Positions 35,610-50,600 of a stretch of 64,000 nt of DNA are shown piece by piece (the first letter of the stretch is position 1; every line of letters begins with the position of its first letter). The position numbers and the translations under genes are program-made. The notes beneath the pieces were generated by a model. The model did not search any database and was not told the origin of the DNA. It saw nothing but the letters and a program-made list of their open reading frames with translations. The stretch is from Methanothrix sp. (GTDB taxonomy: Archaea > Halobacteriota > Methanosarcinia > Methanotrichales > Methanotrichaceae), in contig OY821645.1 of assembly GCA_963682135.1 (NCBI GenBank), positions 1,952,001 to 2,016,000 on the forward strand, read 5' to 3'.

Positions 35610-38600
35610 CTAAAAGTCTTCCAGCGTCCCCATTCCCTCATCGGTGGTCGTCAAGCCGAATTCGTCAGCTGGCGGCTGCCAGTCTCCTCCATATCTCTGC
35701 GTCTTCGCCGGCTGTGCCGAGCCGCCCACCACCACCGAGGCGCTGACATCGGCGCTGGCCGATCCTGATCCATCCAGGCTGTAGGCCTGCAGATGAGCCT
35801 GATTGGTATAGGCGCCATTTCTCTTGGCCTGGGCGCTGTAGGATATGGTCTCGACCTCGCCTGGCGGTACCGCCGTCAGGGTCCAGGTGGTCTGATCCGC
35901 ACTGTAATCAGACGGTGTCTGGGAAGAGGTGATGATCGACAGGTCGGGCGGCATGTAATCGACTACCTGTACGGCCATAGGACTGCTTGCCGTATTCTTG
36001 ATGCTGATCTTGTAGTGGATCAGAGTGGGATCTGCCGGGTCCAGGGTTGCAGTCTTCTCAGCCAGAAGCTGCGGCTGGCAGCATGGCAGCCCTGCCCTTT
36101 CCATGGCAGAGATGTTCCTGCCCACAGTCTGACCACTGCTGTGCCATCCCGTAGCCTCCACCACATTCACCAGATCTCCTGCCTCTTCTGTGACATTCAG
36201 CCGAAGCTTGATGGTATTGGTGCTTCCTATGCCCAGGGAGACAATGGTCCAGTTGGCATATTCCGCAGTCTGTTCAGCCGGCCGCAGCGAGGCGTCGATG
36301 AACTGGGTGCCCGCTGGGAAGGTATCGCGGACATAAATCGGGCCCAGCGATCGGCTGCCGTCATTGATCATGGTTATGGTGTACTCGGCTATGGTCGCGT
36401 TTACCTTCTTCAACAATCCATATGTCAGGCGGCCATCCTTCCAGACCGTGATATGAGGCACTTCGTACCTGGAAACACCAGTGAGTGCGGTCTTGCGGCT
36501 GATGATGAACTCGCCTGCATATTGCTCATCCATGTCGATCCGATCCGAACTGTCCTCAACGCCGCTGCTGTTTCCAGAGAGCCTTGTGCCGGCCCCGTCT
36601 TTGCCGCTCTCCAGAAGTGTCCGCAAGCGCGCCTGGCCCTTGAATTGAGCCTCTGTATTCATCTCGCTGAGGCCTTTGATCTCAGTCGTCTTGTTCATAG
36701 AGTCCAGACTGCTGAATTGCTGGCCGATGTAGCTCTTGAGGGTTGAGTCCACACCTGCAATGCAGCTCTTATTGGTCAGTCCTCCTCCCCGCAGCTTTGC
36801 GTTACCGCTCTTGGTATACATCCCCTCATTCCATTTCATGGATTGGTTTACAGCTAGCTGCGGCGTGTAGTTGAAGCTGGACGGCTCGTAGACCAGCTTT
36901 ATATCCTTGGCCATGTAGCTTGAGCCGCTTACCACCTCTTCTTCTACATTGTAGCTTCCCGTGCCGTACTCATAGGTGCCCTGGCTGGAACGGACCGTCT
37001 TGGCCGTCGAGACGGTTCCATTGCCCTGCACGGAGCGGTTGGTCATGACGTTCTCCCCGTACTCATCAGCATATTCGCTGATGTTGAAGCGTCCTGCATA
37101 ATCCTCACGTGATTCGAAGACCGGCTTTTCAAAGGGCTTCACCACATCGGTCTCCTTCTTGAGAACGCCGATGTGTCCGGCTCCCTCGAATTTTACATCC
37201 GTCTTCATAGTGCTGCCGTTCTCGCTCATCTTGAGGCTCTGGTTTCGTTCGATGCTGGTGGCATAGCGGTAGGATTCCCTAACTGATGCCTTGGAGATCT
37301 CGTTTTTGCCGCGTATATCTTCCGTCCATCGGTCCGCGTAGACTATTGATCTGTTGGCCGGCAGCTTGAAGCTGGTGGGACGATGGGTGGCGGATAGGCT
37401 GGTGATGGACTCTGTGGTTCGGTTTTCTGTAATAAGTCGGGAGATATGCTCGGTCTGATAATTGCCGCTGCCGCTCTCCCTGACGCTTATTACTGTCCCT
37501 GGTTTTTCAACCAGTGTTACGCTGGCAGATGTGCTTATCGGGCCAGTCTCGCTTGATGTTATTCTTGCCTGGTTGGTGATTGTGTAGGGCTCTGGCCTGG
37601 TGTCCATATCATTGTGCACTCTTACGAATCCTTCTCCCTTTACGCTCTGCTGCATTGTAAATGTGAGATTGGCTCTCTCGGGCATGAGAAGAGTTACTTC
37701 TATCTGCCCGGACTCACTCTGCTTGAGCGTGCCTATGGTCCAGACGCTGTTGTTGCCCTGATCTGGCGAGATGCTTGCCGAGAGGAAAATGCTTCCTTTG
37801 GGATAGAACTCAGTCAGGACCACATTATGAAGGTCAATGTTGCCCTCATTGGCGAAGGTGATTTTGAACACCGCCTCTCCACCGGAGGCTACCGATTTTG
37901 TAAGGCAGGTCTTGGTCAGATTGAGGATTGGCTTAATCACTATTGGGTCTTGCTTGGCGTATACTCCGGCATCCAGGCTCAGGTCCGTCTCTCCCAAATC
38001 GATCTGGAATACAGCAGTCTTGCCGCTGGAATCGGGATTGCTGTCCTTGTCCGTATTGGTGCCCTGGTTTTGCCCGGTGAAGACAAATCCGTCCGGCAAA
38101 CCGAATATCAGGTAGTACTGGCCGGGCGATACCTTGAACAGGTACTTTCCATTCTCATCGGTGGTGGTGCTGCCAATCTCTTTTCCATCCTGGGAATATA
38201 GAGTCACTTTTATGTCTACTATCCCGGGTTCGCCATCATCCTGGATGCCGTCTTTGTTGTAATCGACCCATACGAAGTCGCCCAGTGCAGTAGTGACTAT
38301 TGGGTCTTGCTTGGTGTATACTCCTGCGTCCAGGCTCAGATCTGCCTGTCCCGGATCGATCTGGAATACAGCAGTCTTGCCGCTGGAATCGGGATTGCTG
38401 TCCTTGTCCGTATCGGTGCCCTGGTTTTGCTTGGTAAAGTCAAATCCGTCCGGCAATCCGAATATCAGGTAGTACTGGCCGGGTGAGACCTCGAATAGGT
38501 ACTTTCCATTCTCATCGGTGTTCGTGCTGCCAATCTCTTTTCCATCCTGGGAATATAGAGTCACTTTTATGTCTACTATCCCAGGTTCGCCATCATCCTG

Positions 38601-41600
38601 GATGCCGTCTTTATTGTAATCTACCCAGACAAAGTCGCCCAGTGCAACCTTCTCATTCAGCCCGGCATCCCGGCTCATATCGTTCGCACCGGAGGGAAGG
38701 TTGAATACATCCGTCCTGCCGTTCGAGGCTGCATCGCTGTCCTGATTGTCGTCAGCACCCTGGTTCATGGGGCTGAAGTGGTATCCATCAGGAGCATGGA
38801 AGAGCAGATAATAGTCGCCAGGAGCAAGTTGCACAAATGTGTAATGTCCACTGCCATCTGTGGTTGCGCTCGCTGCCAGTGTGCCGTCTGACCTGTAAAG
38901 CTCAACCAGTACATTGGGAATTCCTGCTTCTCCGCTCTGGAAGACGCCGTCTGCGTTAGAGTCATACCAGACGTAGTCGCCCAGCGACGCCGGCATTGTT
39001 ACACCGGCATCGATAGTCGGATCATTCTTCCCGGTTGTCAAGGCTACTGGAGCCGTCCTGCCGCTTGAGTCTGCGTTGCTGTCCTTTGCAGGATCGCTTC
39101 CCTGGCCCGAGGCGGTGAAGTCGTAGCCTTGCGGTGGGCTGAAGATCAGATAGTATGTCCCGGCATCTAGTTCTGTGAAATCATAGTAGCCGTTTGTATC
39201 TGTGGATGTGGTTTTTACCAGCGTGTCATCCGAGCGGTAGAGGTTCGCGATAACTCCGGCTACGCCCGGCTCATTTTGATCCTGTATTCCGTTGCCGTTT
39301 ATGTCCAACCAGACGGTGTCTCCCAAAGATGCCAGTCCGAAGAGGCCGGCGTCCCAGGAAGGATCATTCTGGCCGGATACGAGGACGATCGGGCCGGTCA
39401 GGCCTGCATCATTCGTGTCGCTGTCCAGCAGGTTATCTCCGGCATCCTTGGGGCTGAATCTGAGGCCCGCTGGAGCCAGGAACTTGAGGGAATAGCTGCC
39501 CGGCTGAAGATCTGTGAAGCTATAGTAGCCATTACCGTCGGTGGATGTTGTCTGAATCAGATTGCCTGCGGCATCATAAAGCTGCACCGAAACGCCGGAT
39601 ATGCCTGCTTCACCAGCATCCTGCAAGCCGTTGGCATCGGCATCATTCCATACATAATCACCCAACGAGGATTTGCGATTGAGTCCTGCCCACCAGGTCA
39701 GGTCGGATTCGCCGGAGAGCAGGGTTGTGGTCTCTGTCCTTCCGTTGACCGCAGGATCGCTATCCATGTTGTCGTTGCCTCCCTGGTTAGCGGGGCTGAA
39801 GCTGTATCCCTGCGGAGACTGGAATGTCAGATAGTAATCACCGGGCACCAGATCCTGGAACAGATACTGTCCGTTTGCATCGGTAGTCGTGGTGCCGACA
39901 AGAGTTCCGTCGGAATGGTAGAGATTGACGGTAACCCCAGAGATGGCCGAGCCCTCGCCAGGCTGGTAGATGCCGTCCGCATTCAGGTCCTCCCAGACAA
40001 ATCCGCCCAGGGCTGACAGCCGGTAGTATCCTGCGTCCCAGGAGATATCATTCTCACCGGATGCAAGTGATGTGATGGCGGTCTTGCCATCGGTTCCAGT
40101 GTCGCTGTCCAGGGCATCGTTTCCTCCCAGGTCGGCGGGGCTCTGATAATGTCCCTCTGGAGCGTAGAATATCAGATAGTAGTCCCCAGGACGCAGGCCT
40201 GTAAACTGGTACCAGCCATTGGCATCGGTAAAGGTCTCGGCAATCTTCGTTCCTGATGTGCTATAAAGCTCCACCTTGACCGCGGCCAGTCCCTTCTCGC
40301 CCTGCTCCTGAATGCCGTTGGCGTTCTCGTCCGTCCAGACGTAGTCTCCAATCGACGCCGTCCGGAAAGCTCCTGCATCCAGTTCAAGATCGTTTTCGCC
40401 CGAGATCAGGCTGATGATATCCGTCTTGCCGTCCAATCCGGCATCGCTGTTGTGGGCGGCATCTCCCATGCCGTTGGGGCTCCAGCTGAAGCCGGCCGGC
40501 AGCACGAACTGGACGAAGTAGTCGCCCGGATTCAGGTCTGTGAATTCATAGAATCCGTTTGCATCCGTGGTTGTCTCTCCCAGTTTGTTGCCTGAGGCAT
40601 CAAAGAGCAGGACTGTCGCTGTGGGTATGCCGATCTCGCCAGGCTCCTGAATTCCGTTGGCATTGAGGTCTTCCCAGAAGAAGTCACCCAGGGATGCCTT
40701 GCGGTTAAGGCCGGCATCGATGTTCAGGTTAATCTCCTCAGAGGCGAGGCTGATGGTATCCGTCAGGCCATTTGAATCGGCGTTGCTGTCTACAGCCTTA
40801 TCGCCTCCCTGATCCTTGGGGCTGAAGCTGTCGTATCCCGCGGGTTTGGTAAATGCCACGGAATAGCTTCCCGGAGCCAGGTCGGTGAATTGGTATTTTC
40901 CGTCGGCAAGGGTAGTGGCTGTGCTGATGGCCACGCCGGATTTGTAGAGGGTGACGGTTACGTCAGCAATGCCCTCTTCGCCCGAATCCTGGATGCCGTT
41001 GTTATTTTTATCATGCCAGACGAAGTCGCCCAGGGATGCGGGCAGATATAGACCAGCTTTCAATGTGCCGTCACATGTCGTCTGTCCTGAGGTCAGAATG
41101 ATGGTGCTAGTCTTGCCGTCTGAGTTCAGAACCTGGGTATCGCTGCCCGATTGCTCGATTATGAACAGGTAATTTGTGCCGGTGGGTTTAGCGAATACCA
41201 CATAATAAGTTCCCGCCTGAAGGTCGCTGAAGCTGTAAGCACCGTTTGCATCGGTGGATGCAGTGGCCTTCAGAACATCAGCTCCGCCGAAATCATCCAT
41301 TCTGTAGAGGCTGACAGAGACGCCTTCCAGTCCGCTTTCACTCGAATCTTTTATGCCGTTGCCGTTGGTGTCCACCCAGGCTAAACCGTTTGAGCAGGTG
41401 TACTTGTAGAGCCCGGCATCCCATGTTGGATCATTAACTCCTGACTGAAGTGCAGTAGAAGCGCTCTTGCCGCTGGCAGTATCCGCATCGCTGTCCTTGC
41501 CATCATCTCCGCCCTGATCCTTGGGGCTGAAGCTGTCGTATTTTGCAGGTTTGGCGAATTCCAAAGAGTAGCTTCCCGGAACCAGTCCGGGGAATTGGTA

Positions 41601-44600
41601 GTAGCCGCTAGCGTCGGTTGTGGTTGTGCCGGCAAGCGCATCGGACATGTAGAGGGTGACTGTCACGCCTGCTATTCCCTCTTCGCCAGCATCCTGGACG
41701 CCGTTGGCATTATTATCATGCCATACGAAATCGCCCAATGATGCGAGCTTGTAGATTCCTGCGTCCAATTTGAGATTGCTCTCACCAGACTGAAGTGTGG
41801 TGGGAGCAGTCTCGCCGGAGCTGATATCCGCATTGCTGTCGGCAGCGTCGTCGCCGCCCTGATCTTCGGGGCTGAAGCTGTCGTATCCTGCGGGTTTTGT
41901 GAATGCCACGGAGTAGCTGCCTGGAACCAGGCCGGTGAATTTGTAGCTGCCGTCAGTACCGGTGGTGGCTATGCTCGTGGCCCCGCCGGGTTTGTGGAGG
42001 GTGACGGTTACGCCTGCTATGCCCTCCTCGCCTGCATCCTGGATGCCATTGGCATTTTTATCATGCCATACGAAGTCGCCCAATGAAGCATACTTGTAGA
42101 CTCCAGCATCCCATGTCAGATCATCCTGACCTGATAACAGGGTTATGGCTGCCGTCTCACCGGAGCTGATATCCGCATTGCTGTCGGCAGCGTCGTCGCC
42201 GCCCTGATCTTCGGGGCTGAAGCTGTCGTATCCTGTGGGTTTGTCGAAGACCACGTAGTAGCTGCCTGGAACCAGGTTGGTGAATTGGTAATTTCCGCCA
42301 GTACCAGTGGTGGTTATGCTCGCGGTCCCGTCAGGCTTGTGGAGGGTAACGGTTGCGCCCTCTATGCCTTCTTCACCAGAATCCTGGATGCCGTTGGCAT
42401 TCTTGTCATGCCAGACGAAGTCGCCCAGGGATGCGGGCAGATACAGCCCGGCCTTCAATGTGCCGTCACAATCCGGCTGTCCTGAGGTTAGATCGACTGT
42501 GCCAGTCTGGCCCGCCGAATCCTGGACCTGTGTATCGCTGCCTGTTGACTTGATAATGAACAGGTAATTTGTGCCGGTGGGTTTAGCGAATACCACGTAG
42601 TAGGTTCCCGGCTGAAGGTCGCTGAAGCTGTATGCGCCGTCTGAATCTGTGGATGTGACGGCTTTCTGAACATCAGCTCCCCCGAAATCATCCTTTCTGT
42701 AGAGGGTGACAAAGACGCCTTCCCGCGCATTTTCACCCGAGTCCTTTATGCCGTTGCCGTTGCTGTCTACCCAGGCTAAACCGCTTAAGCAGGTGTACTT
42801 GTAGAGCCCGGCATCCAATGTGATATCACTGTCTCCGGACTGAAGCGTAGTGGAGGCAGTCTGACCGCCGGCAGTATCAGCATCGCTGTCGGCAGCATTG
42901 TCCCCGCCTTGATCCACAGGGCTGAAGCTGTCGTATTCTGCGGGTTTGGTGAATTCCACGGAGTAGCTGCCCGGAACAAGGCTGGTGAATTGGTAGCTGC
43001 CGTCAAGGCCAGTTTTGGTTGTGCCGCTGGCCACGCCAGACTTGTGGAGGGTGACGGTCACATCCGCTATGCCTTCCTCGCCCGAATCCTGAATGCCGTT
43101 TGCATTTCTGTCATGCCAGACGAAGTCGCCCAGAGATGCGGGCAGATATAGTCCGGCCTTCAATGTGCCGTCACATGGCTGGCCCGAGGTGAGAGCGACA
43201 GTGCCCGTCTTGCCGTCTTGGTTCTGAACTTGGGTCTCGCTGCCGGTTGACTTGGTTATGAACAGGTAATTTGTGCCGGTGGGTTTAGCGAATACCACAT
43301 AATAGGTTCCCGGCTGAAGATCGCCGAAGCTGTAAGCGCCGTTTGAATCTGTGGATGTGACGGCTTTCTGAACATCAGCTCCCCCTAAATCATCCATTCT
43401 GTAGAGGATAACGGAGACACCTTGCAGCCCATTTTCGCTCGAGTCCTTTATGCCGTTGCCGTTGGTGTCCACCCAGGCTAGACCACCTAAGCAGACATCT
43501 TTGCAGAGCCCGGCATCCCATGTGGGATCGTGAACTCCGGACTGAAGCGTGATGGGGTCGGTCTGACCGTCGGCAATATCCGCATCGCTGTCTTTGCCAT
43601 CATCTCCGCCCTGGCCAGCTGGGCTGAAGCTGTCGTATCCTGCGGGTTTGTCGAAGTCTACGGAGTAGCTTCCCGGAACAAGGCCGGTGAATTGGTAGCT
43701 GCCGTCAAGGCCAGTTTTGGTTGTGCCGCTGGCCACGCCAGACTTGTAGAGGGTGACGGTCACATCCGCTATTCCCTCTTCACCCGCGTCCTGGATGCCG
43801 TTTGCATTCCGATCGTGCCAGACGAAGTCGCCCAATGATGCGTATTTGTAGATCCCTGCGTCCAATTTGAGGTCGCTATCACCTGACTGAAGTGTGGTGG
43901 AGGCGGTCTTGCCGTCGACAATGTCCGCATCACTGTCCTTCGCATTGTCTCCGCCCTGGCCCATGGGGCTGAAGCTGTTGTATTCTGCGGGTTTGTCGAA
44001 TTTCACAGAGTAGCTTCCCGGAACCATGCCGTTGAATTGGTAGTAGCCGTCAGTACCAGTGATGGTTGTGCCGCTGGCCACGCCAGACTTGTAGAGGGTA
44101 ACGGTTACGCCCGCAACGCCTTCCTCGCCGGTCTCCTGGATTCCATTGGCATTCCTGTCGTGCCAGACGAAGTCTCCCAGGGAAGCGTACTTGTAAACTC
44201 CCGCGTCCCACGTGAGATCTTCCTGTCCTGATAGCAGTGTTATGGCTACCGTCTGGCCGGAAGTTGTGTCCGCATCGCTGTTCCTGCCTGCATCACCGAT
44301 GCCCTTGGGGCTGAAGCTGTCGTATCCTGCTGGTTTTGTGAATACCACGTAGTAGCTTCCCGGAACCAGTCCGGTGAATTGGTATTTTCCATCTGCAAGA
44401 GTAGTGGCTGTGCTGGTGCTACCGTCAGGCTTGTGGAGGATGACGTTAGCGCCTGCAATGCCTTCCTCGCCTGTCTCCTGGATGCCGTTGGCATTCTTAT
44501 CCTGCCAGACGAAGTCTCCCAGGGATGCGGGCAGGTAGAGCCCTGCCTTCAATGTGCCGTCACAATTCGACTGTCCTGAGGTCAGAACGACAGTGCTCGT

Positions 44601-47600
44601 CTTTCCGCTCGAGTCCAAGACCTGTGTCTCGCTGCCCGTGGACTTGATTATGAACAGGTAATTTGTGCCGGTGGGTTTAGCGAATACCACATAATATGTT
44701 CCCGGCTGAAGGTTGCTGAAGCTGTAAGCGCCGTTTGAATCGGTGGATGTGACGGCTTTCTGAACATCAGCTCCTCCTAAATCATCCATTCTGTAGAGGG
44801 TGACAGAGACATCTTGCAGCTCATCTTCGCCCAAGTCTTTATTGCCGTTTCCGTTGGTATCAACCCAGGCTAAACCGTTCAAGCAGGTGTACTTGTAGGC
44901 TCCTGCATCCCAGGAGTTGTCAACACTGCCAGACTGAAGTGCAGTGGAAGCCGTCTTGCCGTCTGCAATATCCGCATCACTGTCCTTCGCATTGTCTCCG
45001 CCCTGATCCACTGGGCTGAAGCTGTCGTATCCTGCGGGTTTGTCGAAGTCTACGGAGTAGCTGCCTGGAACAAGGCCGGTGAATTGGTAGCTGCCGTCAA
45101 GGCCAGTTTTGGTTGTGCCGCTGGCCACGCCAGACTTGTAGAGGGTGACGGTCACATCCGCTATTCCCTCTTCACCCGCGTCCTGGATGCCGTTTGCATT
45201 CCGATCGTGCCAGACGAAGTCGCCCAATGATGCGTATTTGTAGATCCCTGCGTCCAATTTGAGGTCGCTATCACCTGACTGAAGTGTGGTGGAGGCGGTC
45301 TTGCCGTCGACAATGTCCGCATCACTGTCCTTCGCATTGTCTCCGCCCTGGCCCATGGGGCTGAAGCTGTTGTATTCTGCGGGTTTTTCGAATTTCACGG
45401 AGTAGCTTCCCGGAACCAGGTTGCTGAATAGGTAGTAACCGTCAGTACCAGTGGTGGTTGTGCCGCTGGCCACGCCAGACTTGTAGAGGGTAACGGTTAC
45501 GCCAGCTACGCCTTCCTCGCCGGTCTCCTGGATTCCATTGGCATTCCTGTCGTGCCAGACGAAGTCTCCCAGGGAAGCGTACTTGTAAACTCCCGCGTCC
45601 CACGTGAGATCTTCCTGTCCTGATAGCAGTGTTATGGCTACCGTCTGGCCGGAAGTTGTGTCTGCATCGCTGTTCCTGCCTGCATCACCAATGTCCTTGG
45701 GGCTGAAGCTGTCGTATCCTGCTGGTTTTGTGAATACCACGTAGTAGCTTCCCGGAACCAGTCCGGTGAATTGGTATTTTCCATCTGCAAGAGTAGTGGC
45801 TGTGCTGGTGCTACCGTCAGGCTTGTGGAGGATGACGTTAGCGCCTGCAATGCCTTCCTCGCCGGTCTCCTGGATGCCGTTGGCATTCTTATCCTGCCAG
45901 ACGAAGTCTCCCAGGGATGCGGGCAGATACAGTCCTGCCTTCAGGGTTCCGTCACATGCCTGACCCGAGGTCAGAACGACTGTGCTCGTCTTGCCGCTTG
46001 CATCCAGGACCTGTGTCTCGCTGCCCGCAGACTTGATGATGAATAGATATCCTGTGCCTGAGGGTTTGGTGAATTTCACGTAATAAGTTCCCGGCTGAAG
46101 GCTGCTGAAGCTGTAAGCTCCGCTTGGATCGGTAGATGTGACGGCTTTCTGAACATCAGCTCCGCCGAAGTCATCCTTTCTGTAGAGGGTGACGGAGACG
46201 TCTTGCAGTCCGCTCTCGCTTCCGTCTTTTATGCCGTTGCCGTTGGTATCAATCCAGGCTAAGCCGTTCAAGCAGGTGTACTTGTAGACTCCTGCATCCC
46301 ATGTGAGATCATTGTCCCCGGACTGAAGCGTGGTGGTGGCTGTCTGGCCGGACGTTGCGTCTGCATCGCTGTCCACCGTATTATCGTTGCCCTTATCTAC
46401 TGGGCTGAAGCTATCGTATCCTGCGGGTTTTTCGAATTTCACCGAGTAGACGCCCGGAACCAGGCCGGTGAATTTGTAGTTGCCATCGGGGCCAGTGGTT
46501 ATTGTTCCGCTGGCCACGCCAGACTTGTAGAGGGTGACGGTCACATCCGCTATTCCCTCTTCGCCAGCGTCCTGAATGCCGTTGGCATTCCTGTCGTGCC
46601 AGACGAAGTCGCCCAGGGAAGCGTACTTGTAGACACCCGCGTCCCATGTGCGATCGCTATCACCAGACTGAAGCGTGGTGGTGGCCGTCTGGCCGGAAGT
46701 TGTGTCTGCATCGCTGTCCTTTGCGTTATCTGCGCCCTGATCCATGGGGCTGAAGCTGTCATATCCTGCTGGTTTGTCGAATTTCACTGAGTAGCTGCCC
46801 GGAACCAGGTTGCTGAATAGGTAGGCGCCGGTAGTGCTGGTTGTGGTTGTGCCGCTGGCCACGCCGGACTTGTAGAGGGTAACGGTTACGCCAGCTACGC
46901 CTTCTTCGCTAGTCTCCTGGATTCCATTGGCATTCCTGTCGTGCCAGACGAAGTCTCCCAGGGAAGCGTACTTGTAAACTCCCGCGTCCCACGTGAGATC
47001 TTCCTGTCCTGATAGCAGTGTTATGGCTACCGTCTGGCCGGAAGTTGTGTCTGCATCGCTGTTCTTGTCTGCATCACCGATGCCCTTGGGGCTGAAGCTG
47101 TTGTATCCGGATGGTTTGGCGAATGTCACAGTGTAGCTGCCTGGAACCAGGCCGGTGAATTTGTATTTTCCGTCTGCAAGAGTAGTGGCTGTGCTCGTGG
47201 TCACGCCAGACTTACGGAGAATGACGGTCGCCCCGGATATGCCTTCCTCGCCAGTATCCTGGATGCCGTTTGCATTTCTGTCGTGCCAGACGAAATCCCC
47301 CAGGGATGCGGGCTGATACAGCCCTGCTTTCAATGTGCCGTCACATGCCTGGCCCGAGGTCAGAACGACCGTGCTCGTCTTGCCGGCCGAGTTCAGGACT
47401 TGGGTATCGCTGCCCGCGGACTTGATTATGAACAGGTAATTTGTGCCTGCGGGTTTGGCGAATACCACATAATAAGTTCCCGGCTGAAGGCTGCTAAAGC
47501 TGTATGCGCCGCTTGAATCTGTGGACGTGACGCCCTTCTGAACATAAGATGTGCTGAAATCATTCTTTCTGTAAAGAGTGACTGATACGCCTTGCAGCCC

Positions 47601-50600
47601 GCTCTCGCTTCCATCTTTTATGCCGTTGCCGTTGGTGTCCACCCAGGCTAAACCGTTAAGGCATGTGGGAATGTACAGGCCGGCATCTACTGTGCTATCG
47701 CACGATATGGTTTCTCCTATCGATAGGGTTCTCGTATCGGTCTGGCCGTAAGTTGCACCGGCTGCGTTTTCGGCATTGCTGTCCGTGCTAGCCGCGCCAA
47801 TGCCTTTGGGAGTAAAGACGTAGCTTGATGATGCGGGCGGCGAGAACCGCAAATAATAGTCTCCTGGCTCCAGATGGCTGAAGCTGTATGCGCCGTCTGC
47901 CAGAGTCGTGAAGGGCGTTCCTACCTGAGTGCCATCGGATTTGAAAAGGGTGACAGTTACGCCGGCTATGCCCGGCTCGCCGGCATCTTGCTGGCCGTTT
48001 CCGTTTTTATCCTCCCAAACCTTATCTCCTATGCAAGCGACGGCTGCATTGATGGTCTTGGACGCGGCCAGCTCCGGCTCCAATCTCCTCTCCGGGTTAT
48101 CGGTTGGACTGAGCTTGGTATAGTAGTCGGCAATCACCTTATTGTTCAGTATGCCGGTCTGAACATCATCATCGATTTTCGCCTGGTAGCTGAGCCGGAT
48201 TGGATTGCCCGAGACCCATGTTTGCTCAACCTGATCGAAATGCCATTTGAGCAGTTTTGCATCGGCTGATGTATCATCTGCCGTCCCGGCTGGTCCATTT
48301 ATTATCCTGATGGAGCCGGGAACATAGGTCATGCCTGTGGGCAGCGTGTCCTGCACGTCTACTTGGTAAGCTGTAGCATGGCTGTCCGCATCATGATAGA
48401 TGGTTATGGTGTAAGTAACCGTGTCTCCCGGATGGTACATCGGGTTATGGGTTATCGGGTTGACTGTGGAAATGTCGACGGCCTTTTCCAGCTTCAGCTT
48501 GGGCTCCACCAGGCTCACGCTCTCTTCATCGCTGTCCGTGGAAGTCTGGCCGTAGACGGTGCGAACCAGGTCGACCTTATTTACCAGGGTGTCGCCATCT
48601 TTGTTATAGGATACGCCATCGACCTTATCCTTTACCACGGCATGCAGCGTTATCTGCACCGTCTTGGCGCCGACGAAGTCCGGCAGGCTCCAGGTAATGA
48701 GCTGATCTTCTCCTGAGGCTTGCTTGGTTGCGACAATTCCCGAGCAACTGGCCGAATCACTGCAACTGTAATAATCTGATCCCACGACATCCAGGCCCTT
48801 GGGAAGGGTATCTTTAATTTTAACGTTGGTAAAAGGCACTCCTGTGCCCAAAAGGGAGGCGGTGATGATGAAGTCCACCTTGTCTCCTATGGTGAGGGTG
48901 CTGGTGGTCGTGCTCTTGGTTATCGTCACGTATGTGGCCGCAGCAGTGTCATCATCTGAGCCGTAAACGCAACCCGAAGAGCATTTCCCTTCCGCATGAA
49001 CATAGTTATTCATATCCGAGCTGGTTGAGGTCAGAGTTGCCTTGACTGTCTTTGTCCACGATCCGCCGTTCCCGGCCAGGGTAGGCAGGGACCATGTCAC
49101 CACGGTACCTGTTCCCCCCGGTTGGATGATCCCGTCTGGCACATCTCTCTCTGGGTCGCTAATCTGGTAAGCTGATCCAAAGGTGTCAGTCACTACGACA
49201 TTCTCGGCATCAGCCGTTCCTGTGTTCGTAACAGTCAGCGTCCAGGAATTCTTTTCGCCCACCACCGCTTTCTGGTCATGGGGGGTCTTGGTCACAACCA
49301 GATTGGGCGCAAGTATTGTGACCGGTGAGGATACTGTCCGAGTGACCGAATAGCCGCATAGATCCTTGCCGCTGAAGACGGCAGCGTTTCTCGGATTGGT
49401 GGCGGAGCTTCCACAATGGTAGCCGTCATCCGATATCTTGAAGGTGATTGTTAATGTGTCGTCCTTGAGCATTTTATTGTCTGCAAAGAGACCTGTAAGA
49501 TCCCATGTCAGGGTTACTGGAGATGTACCCGTCGACGTAGGCGCGGGCATTGTTATCGGATTGCCGTTGATCGCAGCGGATGATATTCCATCGTAGACGA
49601 AACCCTCTGGAATGGTATCTGCCAATGTAAATGGCCCATTGGCTGTAGCTCCTGTATTGGAAATAGTCAGGGAAATTGTCCCGCTGCAGACATTTACATT
49701 AGATGTTTGGGCTATGCCGAAGGTGGGTTTGGTCTTTAGATCGACATTGATGGGGGTAGAGGCGCTTGTGTGTTTGGTATCCTCACAGCATCCCCAGGTG
49801 ACTGTGGCCTTATTCGTTCCGGCATCGCAGATGGTGACTTTTGCATTGACAATGATGCTCTTTTCAGATCCAACTGCCATATCGCCGAGATTCCAGGTCA
49901 GTTCGTTGCCGCTCGTTCCATCTCCAGAATAGGGGGTCGTGGTGGGTTCATAGCCCGGCGTAATGGGATCGGCTAAGAACTGGGTATTGGAAGGCAGCAG
50001 ATCCTTGACCACCACATTCCTGGCGGTCCAGAGATTGCCGGATGGATTCTTTACAGTGATCTTCCAGGATACCTCTGTATCCTTATCAACAACGCTCGAT
50101 GATGGATGTATCTGAACTTTTGTCAGCTCCAGCTGGCTGTTTGCGCTGGACAGGGGTATGTCGTTTAAGGCTTCTGCCTTGCTCGAGCCGCATGGAGTAT
50201 GATAATCGACACTGGCGGAGGTAGTGGCCGCGGTGGGATCAAACTTGCATGGCGGAGTGGTATCCGATTGCAGATAGTAGGATATCTGGCAGTAATCTCC
50301 CGGAGCCCAATCCTGTCCGGTAAAGTCCAGGGATATTTCGCCATTGTTCGGATTGAAGCCGAGAAGAGGCTGGTGGCTGCCCTCATACGTTATTCCATTA
50401 TCTATGCCACCTACTATCCCCAGGCCGATCGGCAGTCTCTGGGTGGCGGTCACACCGTAGGCATGCACTCCTCCTGAGTTGGTGATGGTGAGGCTGAATG
50501 GGCCCGACCGATCCCCGCAGGGGTCGATGGGAGCTGTGACCAGCTGTACTGCGAACTGATAGTTGGTGTTCAAGACGACTCTGGATGTCCCAGTCGAAGT

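Noticed and set aside
37950-48050. CRISPR array or DGR suggested by repeated DNA (also 1610-1980)
   Set aside because: The repeats are in-frame protein domains without unique spacers. No cas or reverse transcriptase gene and no adenine-specific variation are seen.
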